In this document: positions 52,600 to 61,311 of the stretch, one piece after another | Layout: the number at the start of each line of letters is the position of its first letter | Numbering within the stretch: position 1 is the first letter of the stretch | Assembly: GCA_965233585.1 (NCBI GenBank) | Contig: CBDDTI010000747.1 | Coordinates: 384,001-448,000, forward strand | DNA: 64,000 nt | Reading direction: 5' to 3' | From: a bacterium | Lineage (GTDB): Bacteria; SAR324; NAC60-12 | Position numbers and translations under genes: made by a program | Notes under the pieces: model-generated | The model's database searches: none | What the model saw: only the letters and a program-made list of their open reading frames with translations | Told to the model about the DNA's origin: nothing

Positions 52600-52775
52600 G
52601 AAATTCCGTATCAAACACTCAAGTGACTGATGACGTTTGCAGATTTGTTTTTTGTCATTGCGGGACTTGACCCGCAATCTCAATCCTATTTTTGCGATTC
52701 CATGTCAAGCACGGAATGACGTGAGGAATTTGCTCATCTTGAGGACTGTCATTGCGGGCTTGACCCGCAATCTCA
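52600..52775. repeat. REP-like palindrome cluster
   Basis: gtcattgcgggcttgacccgcaatct and variants. Confidence 0.85.
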
Positions 52776-52961
52776 AACTTCCATCTTCAAAAAAAACTTA
52801 TTTTCAAAAGCTGACCTGCTTGTTTCTTTGACTTTTCGCTCAAACCATTAAAAATAATTAAAAAAGATGATTTTAAAAGTTGCATTTGTTTTGAATGGTC
52901 TGCTAGAATCGTAACCTTGTTTTTGTTCGTTCTCATTTAACATTTATCAAAGGAGTTTTTT

Positions 52962-54188
52962 ATGTTAGAACAAATCAAATCCATTCAAACCCTTTTTGTC
53001 AGGGGGGGGGCTTTTTATGACAAATCAATCGTTTTCTTGACAATGCTTGTCTTGGCAGGTTGTGTTCCGCCAGGGGAAGAGGAGAAAGAAGATGGACTTG
53101 CCAGCAACATCAAGTGCGAGGTGGACTCTACCGAATCCGTTACAACAGGTGAGGAACTGGTTGCCAACGTCACATGCAACACACCAGAACTTGCTCAAGG
53201 CAGAAAATTACAGGTCATTTACGATGAAAGTTTGACTTCTTTGAAGCTAGTCGTGGCAGAAGAAGAAACAATCGGGGAAGATGGAAAGTTGACTTACACT
53301 TTACCTAATCAAGAACAATTCCAAGCCAAACTGAAGTTAACAGGAGTTGCAGAAGGAGAAGGACAAGTCAAGTTCAAAATCTTGAGTCAAAAATCAAACT
53401 GGGCATTCACAGTGGTCAGAGGAGGACCAAGGGCATTGACTTTAGGTGCAGATGTCGCGGCATCTGTCTTTACCAAGATGCAAGATTCATCAGGCAAAGC
53501 CTATGGACGTTCCGTGATGAGATTAGACACTTCTGAAACCCTTGTTTCCAATGACGAAGTACATTGTGAGAATGCTCCTTTGAATGCACTGCTTGTCTCG
53601 TCAGATGACTTTGCAAATTGTGAGAAGGTCTATGTTCAAAAAGGCGCTAACACCAATTATGTCATCATTCCCAAGCAAACTTGGGCGTTAAACAAAACTT
53701 ACAAAGTGGCAATCAAAACGGCAAACGGAGGCTCTGCTTTCAATCGTTCTGGCAACCCTGTTTCCTTCTCCACGAACGATGCTAATCACAAAACCACTGC
53801 ACACGTCACCAGATTTGATGCTGGGGCAAGACCTAAAGTGCTAGACAATCAATTCCATTTGGAAAAAGATGGAGACCTTTGGTATTACATCAGCAAAGGC
53901 GACACATTGCCCCAATATAATCCCACTGAATGCCAAGAGATCAACTATCAAAATGCAGATGACGTCAAATTTACAAATCTTGCTAGCATTGATGATTCTG
54001 CCAAAGAATTGGCTAGATCTCTTAATCGCAGAACCAGAAGGTATATCGCTGATGCTGCTGGAAATAACCGAGTTAAGGTATTTGTTACCACCCTATCATC
54101 TAAGAAAACTTTTTTCCATACGGTAGGCAAACATCCTTTTCATATATTTATTTATTTTTGTTCTGTTCAGATTCCAGAACGTACCTAA
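52962..54188 (+). CDS. Modular lipoprotein paralog 4, G9 tract in frame (ON)
   Basis: G9 at 53002-53010; lipobox LAGC. Confidence 0.9.
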   Translation: MLEQIKSIQTLFVRGGAFYDKSIVFLTMLVLAGCVPPGEEEKEDGLASNIKCEVDSTESVTTGEELVANVTCNTPELAQGRKLQVIYDESLTSLKLVVAEEETIGEDGKLTYTLPNQEQFQAKLKLTGVAEGEGQVKFKILSQKSNWAFTVVRGGPRALTLGADVAASVFTKMQDSSGKAYGRSVMRLDTSETLVSNDEVHCENAPLNALLVSSDDFANCEKVYVQKGANTNYVIIPKQTWALNKTYKVAIKTANGGSAFNRSGNPVSFSTNDANHKTTAHVTRFDAGARPKVLDNQFHLEKDGDLWYYISKGDTLPQYNPTECQEINYQNADDVKFTNLASIDDSAKELARSLNRRTRRYIADAAGNNRVKVFVTTLSSKKTFFHTVGKHPFHIFIYFCSVQIPERT

Positions 54189-54199
54189 ACGTTTTCTTC

Positions 54200-54935
54200 T
54201 CGTCATTGCGGGCTTGACCTGCAATCTCAAACTTTCTCATTTTAAAAAAAGGGGGCGTCCTGCTCCCTTTTTCTTACCTTTGTTTTTCATTTTCGTCTTC
54301 TTAGCAAGCGGGGTAGTCAGAGAAATAGAACGGAGTCATTCGGAGCGAAAGCAGAAATCCATGCTTGGTTTGGTAATAGATTCCGTGTCAGGCACGGAAT
54401 GACTGGGAGAATTGAAACACCCCGACCTGCGGACTTTGCTTTCTCATTCCTCTCATTCCTTTGTTATTGCCCACCTTGTCTGCATCTCTACACAACCGTC
54501 ATTGCGGGCTTGACCCGCAATCTCCATACAACCGTCATTGCGGACTTGATCCGCAATCTCACTCTTGTTTTTTGAGATTCCGTGTCAGGCACGGAATGAC
54601 TGGGAGAATTGAAACACCCCGACCTGCGGACTTTGCTTTCTCATTCCTCTCATTCCTTTGTTATTGCCCACCTTGTCTGCATCTCTACACAACCGTCATT
54701 GCGGGCTTGACCCGCAATCTCTCCCCACTTTCTTTCTTCTTTTGTTTTCTCTCTGCTCTACTCTCACTCTTGTTTTTTTGAGATTCCTCACCAAGTGTAG
54801 CATGACTGCTACTGTCATTCGGAGCGAAAGCTCTGAATCCAGTCATGTAGGATTCTGTGCTTGGGTTTAAGATAGATTCCGTGTCAAGCACGGAATGACG
54901 GGAGGATTTTGCTCACCTTGACCCGCAATCTCAAA
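54200..54935. repeat. REP-like cluster with a ~147-bp exact direct duplication (54378-54524 / 54575-54721)
   Basis: agattccgtgtcaggcacggaatgactgggagaattgaaacacccc...gacccgcaatctc is repeated with a period of 197 bp. Confidence 0.9.
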
Positions 54936-55065
54936 ATTCCTCGCTATTTTAAGCAAGCGAATCAAAATTCATCATTTTAAAAGTTGATTTTGTTTTTGAA
55001 AATTTGCTAAAATCATCATCTTGTTTTTTGTTCATTCTCACTTAACCATTATTTAGGAGGTTTTT

Positions 55066-56406
55066 ATGTTAGGACAAATCAAATCAATTCAAAACTCTCT
55101 TGCTAGGAGAGGTTTTTTTTATGACGGAATAATTGTTTTCTTGACACTTCTTGCTTTAGCGGGTTGCACACCTCCTGCTGAAGAAAATGAAGAAGGAAAT
55201 GAAGCCTCCAATGACGTCAAGTGCAAGGTCACCTCTGGCAATTCTTTGGAAACAGGTCAAGAATTGGTTGCCAACCTCACCTGCACCGCATCAACAATTT
55301 ATCAAGGTAAAAAGTTAAACATCACTTACGATGAAAGTTTAGCTTCTTTGAAGCTGGTCGTTGGAGAAAAAGAAACAGTTGGACAAAGTGGAAAGTTGTC
55401 TTACATTTTACCTAGAAAAAAAGAATTTCAAGCCAAGCTGAAGTTGACAGGAGTGACAGCAGGCAAAGGTCAACTGCAATTCAAAATCTTGAGAAAAAAA
55501 TCAAACTGGGCTTTTACAGTGGTCAATGGCAACGGACTTGACATTAACAACGGAGCTGACGTTTCCAAATACACTTGGAAGCGGGTCGCTTCTTCAGCAG
55601 GGTGGTCTGCTCGTAATGTTCACACAAGCGTCGTGTTCAATAACAAAATCTGGGTACTAGGAGGAATTGATTTTGGCAGAAAAAACGATGTCTGGAGTTC
55701 TTCTGATGGCAAGAATTGGACAGAAGAAACTTCTTCAGCAGGTTGGTCTGCTAGGAATTCCCACACAAGCGTCGTGTTCAATAACAAAATCTGGGTGCTA
55801 GGAGGAATTGATTCTGGCTGGAAAAACGATGTCTGGAGTTCTTCTGATGGCAAGAATTGGACTCAAAGCACAGCTTCAGCAGGTTGGTCTGCTCGTGCTT
55901 TGCACACAAGCGTTGTGTTCAATAACAAAATCTGGGTGCTGGGAGGTTTTACTGGTGGCAATAAAAACGATGTCTGGAGTTCTTCTGACGGCATTAATTG
56001 GACAGAAGACACTTCTTCGGCAGGTTGGGATGCCCGTTATGATCACGCAAGCGTCGTGTTCAATAACAAAATCTGGGTGCTAGGAGGCTCTGGTAAAAAC
56101 GATGTCTGGAGTTCTTCTGACGGCATTAATTGGACTCAAAGTACAGCTTCAGCAGATTGGTCTACTCGTGATTCTCACACAAGTGTCGTGTTCAATAACA
56201 AAATCTGGGTGCTAGGGGGATTTGATGGCGTCAGGAAAAACGATGTCTGGAGTTCTTCTGACGGCAGTAATTGGACAGAAGATACTTCTTCAGCAGGTTG
56301 GGATGTTCGTGCTGGACATAAAAGCGTTGTGTTCAACAACAAAATCTGGGTGCTAGGAGGTAGAAGCACTGCGAAAAGAAACGATGTTTGGGCAGCTGGT
56401 CCCTAA
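55066..56406 (+). CDS. Modular lipoprotein paralog 5 (6 Kelch-like repeats); T8 tract in frame in place of poly-G
   Basis: aggagaggTTTTTTTTatgac (T8 at 55113-55120); lipobox LAGC; six WSARxxHTSVVFNNKIWVLGG..KNDVWSSSDG-type repeats. Confidence 0.9.
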   Translation: MLGQIKSIQNSLARRGFFYDGIIVFLTLLALAGCTPPAEENEEGNEASNDVKCKVTSGNSLETGQELVANLTCTASTIYQGKKLNITYDESLASLKLVVGEKETVGQSGKLSYILPRKKEFQAKLKLTGVTAGKGQLQFKILRKKSNWAFTVVNGNGLDINNGADVSKYTWKRVASSAGWSARNVHTSVVFNNKIWVLGGIDFGRKNDVWSSSDGKNWTEETSSAGWSARNSHTSVVFNNKIWVLGGIDSGWKNDVWSSSDGKNWTQSTASAGWSARALHTSVVFNNKIWVLGGFTGGNKNDVWSSSDGINWTEDTSSAGWDARYDHASVVFNNKIWVLGGSGKNDVWSSSDGINWTQSTASADWSTRDSHTSVVFNNKIWVLGGFDGVRKNDVWSSSDGSNWTEDTSSAGWDVRAGHKSVVFNNKIWVLGGRSTAKRNDVWAAGP

Positions 56407-56524
56407 ATTTCACTACCTGTCAATTCGTCTTCTCTTAAAACCACCTTGCTTGAATGATCAAGCGGGGGTGTTTCTTCTTACGCAAAACCAAACCTTCCTT
56501 TTCATCACTTGCTGTCTTGTTTTT

Positions 56525-56665
56525 TGGTCATTCGGAGCGAAAGCAGGAATCCAATCATGTAGGAATCTGTGCTTGGTTTAAGATAGATTCCGTGTCAAGC
56601 ACGGAATGACCAAACACAACCCAGCAAAATTCTCCCGTCATTGCGGGCTTGACCCGCAATCTCAA
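56525..56665. repeat. REP-like palindrome cluster
   Basis: gtcattcggagcgaaagcaggaatcc, agattccgtgtcaagcacggaatgac. Confidence 0.85.
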
Positions 56666-56850
56666 ACTTCCATCTTCCAAAAAACCGTTATTTCAAAAGG
56701 AACACTTGCTTGCTTCTTTGATTTTTTGCTCAAGTCATTAAAAATAATTAAAAAATGATTTTAAAAGTTGCATTTGTCTTTCAAGGTGCTAAAATCGTAA
56801 CCTTCTTTTTTGTTCGTTCTCATTTAACCAAATCATTTAGGAGTTTTTTT

Positions 56851-58033
56851 ATGTTAGAACAAATCAAATCCATTCAAAACCTCTTGTCAGGGGGGGGCTT
56901 TTTATGACAAAGTAATCCTTTTCTTGACACTTCTGGTCTTGGCAGGTTGCACACCGCCTGCTGAAGAAAACGAGGGGGAAGCCACCCAAAATCAAGCCAC
57001 TTGCGAGGTCACCTCTGGCAGTTCTTTGGCAACGGGTCAAGAATTGGTTGCAGACTTAACATGCGCTGTATCAAACATTTATCAAGGCAAACGGTTAAGC
57101 ATCGCTTACGATGAAAGTTTGACGTCTTTGAAGCTGGTTGTGTCAGGGGACAAAGCAGTCGGACAGATTGGAACGTTAAACTACAAATTACCTAGAAAAA
57201 AAGAGTTTCAAGCCAAGCTGAAGTTGACAGGAGTCGCAGCAGGCAAGGGACAACTCAAGTTCAAAATCTTGAGAAAAAAATCAAATTGGGATTTTACAGT
57301 AGTCGCTGCTGACAATGCTTTGACCAAGATGCAAGACTCATCAGGCAAAGCTTACGGACGTTCGGTGTTGAGATTAGATACTTCTCAAACATTAGTTTCT
57401 AATGATGAGACAGTTTGCAGAAATGCACCTTTGAATGCACTGCTTGTGTCGTCAGATAATTTCACAACTTGTGAAAAAGTGTATGTTCAAAAAGGCGACA
57501 ACACCAATCATGTCATTATTCCCAAACAGACTTGGGGCTTAAACAAAACTTACAAACTGGCAGTCAAAACGGCAAGCGGAGCTTTTGCACTCAATCGTTC
57601 TGGCAATCCTGTCTCCTTTAACACAAACAATGCCAATCACAACACTGTGGCTCACGTCACCAAGTTTGATGCTGGTTCAATACCTCAAGTGCTAAACAAT
57701 CACTTCCATTTGGAAAAAGACGGAGAACTCTGGTATTACATCAACAAAGGAACAAACGCACCAAGGTATGACGCCAGTGAATGTCGGTCTATCAACTACA
57801 AGGCAACAGATGATAAACAATTTAAAAACCTTAGTGGACTCAATCAAGCTGACAGAGAGCTAGCCAAAACTATTTTAAACCGCAATAGTTACTATATTGC
57901 TTCTGTTACTGGAGGTGGAAATACTCGTTTGTATAGACTCTCAACAACCATAGGCACTAACTCCAATGTGGGAGGTCCATTGGCTTCTAATCTTTACTAT
58001 CTTTGTTTTGTGAAGATTCCAGAACGTGCTTAA
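56851..58033 (+). pseudogene. Modular lipoprotein paralog 6, frameshifted at a G8 tract (putative phase OFF)
   Basis: ATG 56851 MLEQIKSIQNLLS; G8 at 56890-56897 leads to TGA at 56905. Downstream frame intact. Confidence 0.85.
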
Positions 58034-58104
58034 ACGTTTTCGTTTCTTTTTCCTTCCTACCTCTCATTTGTTTAAAAAAAGGGGGCGTTCTGCTCCCTTT
58101 TCGT

Positions 58105-58685
58105 CACCTGCGTCATTGCTCACCTTGACCCGCAATCTCTCTTTTTCTCATTCCTCACTTTCTTACCTGTGGGCTTGTTTTTTGGTCATTGCTCACCTTG
58201 ACCCGCAATCTCTCCTTTTCCCAAACAACTCTTGTTTTTGAGATTCCGTGTCAAGCACGGAATGACGGTTTGCTCTTTTTCCTATTCCCTCGTCATTGCT
58301 CACTTTAAAAAACCGCCATTGCGGGCTTGAGTGAGCAATCTCATTCTTCTTAAAACACAGGACAAACACTCGGGTTTGTCCCTACTTTGTCATTTCGTGC
58401 TTGACACGGAATCTCTCTTTTGTTTTTTGAGATTCCGCATCAAGTGTGGAATGACAGGAGGGGTTGTAGGCTTTGTTTTTCTCTCTACTTTGCCTTTTCC
58501 CAAACCCTCCTTATCCTGTGCTTTCTTGAGGAGTGGTAAAAAATGAGCGATGGCTTGACTTCGTCTAGATCATGGTTCACCTTGAAAGCCGTCATTGCTC
58601 ACCTTGACCCGCAATCTCCTCTTTTTCATTGTGTTTGCATTCTTCTTTTTGAGATTCTTTGTCAAGCACTCAAGTGAAGTGAGGA
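58105..58685. repeat. REP-like palindrome cluster
   Basis: Many gtcattgctcaccttgacccgcaatct and gagattccg..cggaatgac units; GTAG-REP at ~58360-58386. Confidence 0.9.
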
Positions 58686-58787
58686 GTTGGCTGGGTTGTT
58701 TTTTTTCTGCTTTGTTCTCCCTTTTTCTCAAAAATCTGCTAGGCTAGGTGTATTTAAACCTATAAATTTAGATTTTAGGAGAACAAG

Positions 58788-59513
58788 ATGAGTGAACAAT
58801 TTGATGAGATTTGGGCAATTTTAAAAGAAAACGCAAAAGGCATGCAGGAGTTGAAAGAACGACAAGAAGAAAATGCCAAGCGACAAGAAGAAAATAGCAG
58901 GCAGTTGGCAGAACTGACAAAGAAGCAAGAAAAAACAGACAAGCAGCAAGAAGAAAATAGCAAGCAGCAAGAAGAAAACAGCAAGCAGTTGGCAGAACTG
59001 ACTTTGCAACTTCAAGAACTCAAACCAGCAGTTGCCAGCATGGTGCGGGGCATTCAGAAGATGGAAAACTTCATCAGCAATACTTCGGAGATTTTAGAAA
59101 GTCGTCTGTGCCGTTCTGTGGAACAGGTTATAGAAAAAAATGGTTTCATTGAAATCGGTGGCATTCGCTACGACGAAGTGGAACAAAACCTCAAAGGGAA
59201 AAATGGTATCACGGCTCAATATGACCTTGTGCTGTTCAGCAAAACAAAGCATCTGCTTTTGATAGAAGTCAAACGTAAGCCACATGTTAAGGATTTCCAA
59301 CAAGTGCTTCGGCAAAAAGAGACCTTTCCTAAATTGTTTCCGGGGTATCAAGATTATGAGATCCATTGCGGGTTAGCAGGAGAAGTCTTTTATGACGAAC
59401 TCATCAGTGAGGCAGAAGAAGAAGGGATTTATCTTTTTCAAGAACAGGCAGGAGAATTACAGGTCATCTCGTCTGCGTCGTTGCAGTTAGAATTGGAGGC
59501 AATGGAACACTGA
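58788..59513 (+). CDS. Coiled-coil repeat protein with a C-terminal PD-(D/E)XK nuclease-like domain
   Basis: QEENSKQ heptad repeats; QYDLV....LLLIEVK motif. Confidence 0.75.
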   Translation: MSEQFDEIWAILKENAKGMQELKERQEENAKRQEENSRQLAELTKKQEKTDKQQEENSKQQEENSKQLAELTLQLQELKPAVASMVRGIQKMENFISNTSEILESRLCRSVEQVIEKNGFIEIGGIRYDEVEQNLKGKNGITAQYDLVLFSKTKHLLLIEVKRKPHVKDFQQVLRQKETFPKLFPGYQDYEIHCGLAGEVFYDELISEAEEEGIYLFQEQAGELQVISSASLQLELEAMEH

Positions 59514-59600
59514 ACACTGGTTTTCTTTTTGGTATTGTTAAACTATAAGTGATATGCGATATTAAGTTCATTTAATTGAATTGATAGTCATGGTGTAGCA

Positions 59601-60059
59601 ATGAAGTTGTGTCCTAGATGTGAAAGTGAGAAGACGGTTAAGAATGGTTTTTTATATGGTAAACCGAGGAGGCGTTGCAATGCCTGCAGCTATCAATATA
59701 CCAAGTCCTATCGTGGTCAAATCTCACCACAGATCAAAAGAAGAGCATTAGAGTTGTATTTGGAGGGTCTTGGTTTCAGGTCAATCGGTCGTTTGCTGAA
59801 TTGTTCTCATGTTTCAGTTTATAATTGGGTCTGTAGTTTTGGCGAACAGCTCAAGGCATTAAGAAAGGACACAGACATTGAAATTATGGAAATTGATGAA
59901 ATGCACACCTACATCCAGTCAAAAAAAACTACTGCTGGCTCTGGATTGCTGTTGATAGACGTGGGAAGCAATTTATCAATTGTGTGCTTGGAAACAGAGA
60001 CTCAAAAGCCTGTAGGCATTTATGGGACAAGGTCAAGGAAACAAAACCTCTTCAGGTGA
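59601..60059 (+). CDS. insA: IS1 InsA
   Basis: CPRCES..KNG..RRCNAC; LYLEGLGFRSIGRLLNCSHVSVYNWV; EIDEMHTYIQSKK. Confidence 0.9.
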   Translation: MKLCPRCESEKTVKNGFLYGKPRRRCNACSYQYTKSYRGQISPQIKRRALELYLEGLGFRSIGRLLNCSHVSVYNWVCSFGEQLKALRKDTDIEIMEIDEMHTYIQSKKTTAGSGLLLIDVGSNLSIVCLETETQKPVGIYGTRSRKQNLFR

Positions 60060-60283
60060 TGACTGATCACTGCAAGGCTTACAAACAAGTCATTCCCAAA
60101 GAAATTCATACATGTTCCAAGACAGAAACATACACGGTAGAAGGGTATAATTCTCTCTTGAGACATTTCTTGGCAAGAATGAGAAGGAAAACCAAATGTT
60201 ACAGCAAGTCTCTTAAAGCATTACAATATTCTGTTCTTTTGTTCATGGCAAAACGGAATAATCAACTATCACTTATTATTTAA
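59984..60283 (+). CDS. insB: IS1 InsB (frameshift fusion part)
   Basis: VMTD..AY, ETYTVEGYNSLLRHFLARMRRKTKCYSKS. Confidence 0.9.
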   Translation: MLGNRDSKACRHLWDKVKETKPLQVMTDHCKAYKQVIPKEIHTCSKTETYTVEGYNSLLRHFLARMRRKTKCYSKSLKALQYSVLLFMAKRNNQLSLII

Positions 60284-60290
60284 CAATGCC

Positions 60291-60456
60291 CAAAAATGAA
60301 CTCAAAGAAGACATCCACTATTTAAAAGGAGAACAGAAGCTCCTTAAATGGATGGTCAGCTTTGGCATTTCTTTAAATCTGGTCACACTCGGCGTCGTAC
60401 TAGCCTTTTTATTTACTTCTCTTCCTGCCCCAAAAAAACCAGCCCGCCTATCGTGA
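60291..60456 (+). pseudogene. 3' remnant of a DUF1640-like gene truncated by IS1
   Basis: NELKEDIHYLKGEQKLLKWMVSFGISLNLVTLGVVLAFLF.. matches the C-terminus of 52153-52566. Confidence 0.85.
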
Positions 60457-60673
60457 GCAAGCACCTCTCCAACTGAGGAAACAAGAAAGCAGAGAAAGTG
60501 AGAAAAAAGAGAGATGAAGGTTAGCAACGACTAATACATGCCTGCAATGACAAAAAGCAAGCCTGCAAAACCCTCCCGTCATTGCGGGCTTGACCCGCAA
60601 TCTCTTCTTTTTTTCAAAAAATGCTATAATCAGCGGTTTTTGAAGTTTGAAAGTTTCATTTTGGAGAAAAAAG

Positions 60674-61021
60674 ATGAGTGCAAGATTTGATGAGACTTGA
60701 GCAATTTTAAAAGAAAATGCCAAAGGCGTACAAAAGCTAACAAAGAAGCAAGAAGAATTTGCGTAACAACAGCAAGAATCTAATGCCAAGTGGAAAAAAG
60801 AAAGACCAGAACGCCATGCAGAATGGGAAAAAGAGATGAAGGAAGAAAGGCGATTGAGGAAAGAGACGTTCCCTGTCGTGTTTCCGCAATATCAGGATTT
60901 TCAAATTCATCTAGGACTTGCTTGTCAAAGCATTCCAGAGCATCTTATCTCTCATGCTAAAGCCAAAGGGGTTTACCTCTTGCAACCTGAAGCAGACCAG
61001 ATTAGAATCATTGAACTTTGA
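60674..61021 (+). pseudogene. Degraded paralog of the 58788-59513 PD-(D/E)XK protein
   Basis: MSARFDET*AILKENAKG..EEFA*... is in the same frame as RKETFPVVFPQYQDFQIHLGLA. Stops at 60698 and 60764; the catalytic middle is missing. Confidence 0.8.
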
Positions 61022-61101
61022 GCCTTGATTAGCAATGATACAATATTTGATGCAATTTTAGAGGGATAACTTTTTTTAAGCGAGTGAGAGGGGAATTTTT
61101 G

Positions 61102-61311
61102 ATGAAATATCTTTTGATTTTGTTGGCAGGCATCGTCACGTTTGGGGCAGGTTTGACATCGCTGGTATTGTTTGAGTTTGTGGATTCCAAGAATCATGTT
61201 GGTTTTTTGAATGAAGCCTTTATTTTAGTGCCAGTAGGGTATTTGTTGATGGGCATTGGTTTGATACTGGGCTTGGTGTATCGCACACATGTCAAAAAAC
61301 GTTCCCTTTAG
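61102..61311 (+). CDS. Small two-TM membrane protein
   Basis: GAGGGG SD; two hydrophobic segments. Confidence 0.55.
   Translation: MKYLLILLAGIVTFGAGLTSLVLFEFVDSKNHVGFLNEAFILVPVGYLLMGIGLILGLVYRTHVKKRSL

Larger units (their letters stand above)
59531..60290 (+). mobile_element. IS1-family insertion sequence, 760 bp, no TSD
   Basis: 24-bp IR GGTATTGTTAAACTATAAGTGATA / GGCATTGTTAAATAATAAGTGATA; InsA/InsB ORFs; A8C slippery site at 59921-59929. Confidence 0.92.

Noticed and set aside
48679..58033. Diversity-generating retroelement acting on the variable C-termini
   Set aside because: No reverse transcriptase or template repeat in the window; differences include indels and all base types rather than adenine-specific substitutions. 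A remote DGR cannot be excluded.
48679..58033. Shufflon/invertible cassette system
   Set aside because: All paralogs are co-oriented full genes with their own promoters; no recombinase gene or promoterless inverted cassettes were seen.
2165..60610. CRISPR array interpretation of the recurring ~26-bp palindromic repeats
   Set aside because: Repeats vary in sequence and orientation, spacing is irregular, intervening sequences are themselves repeated, and there are no cas genes.
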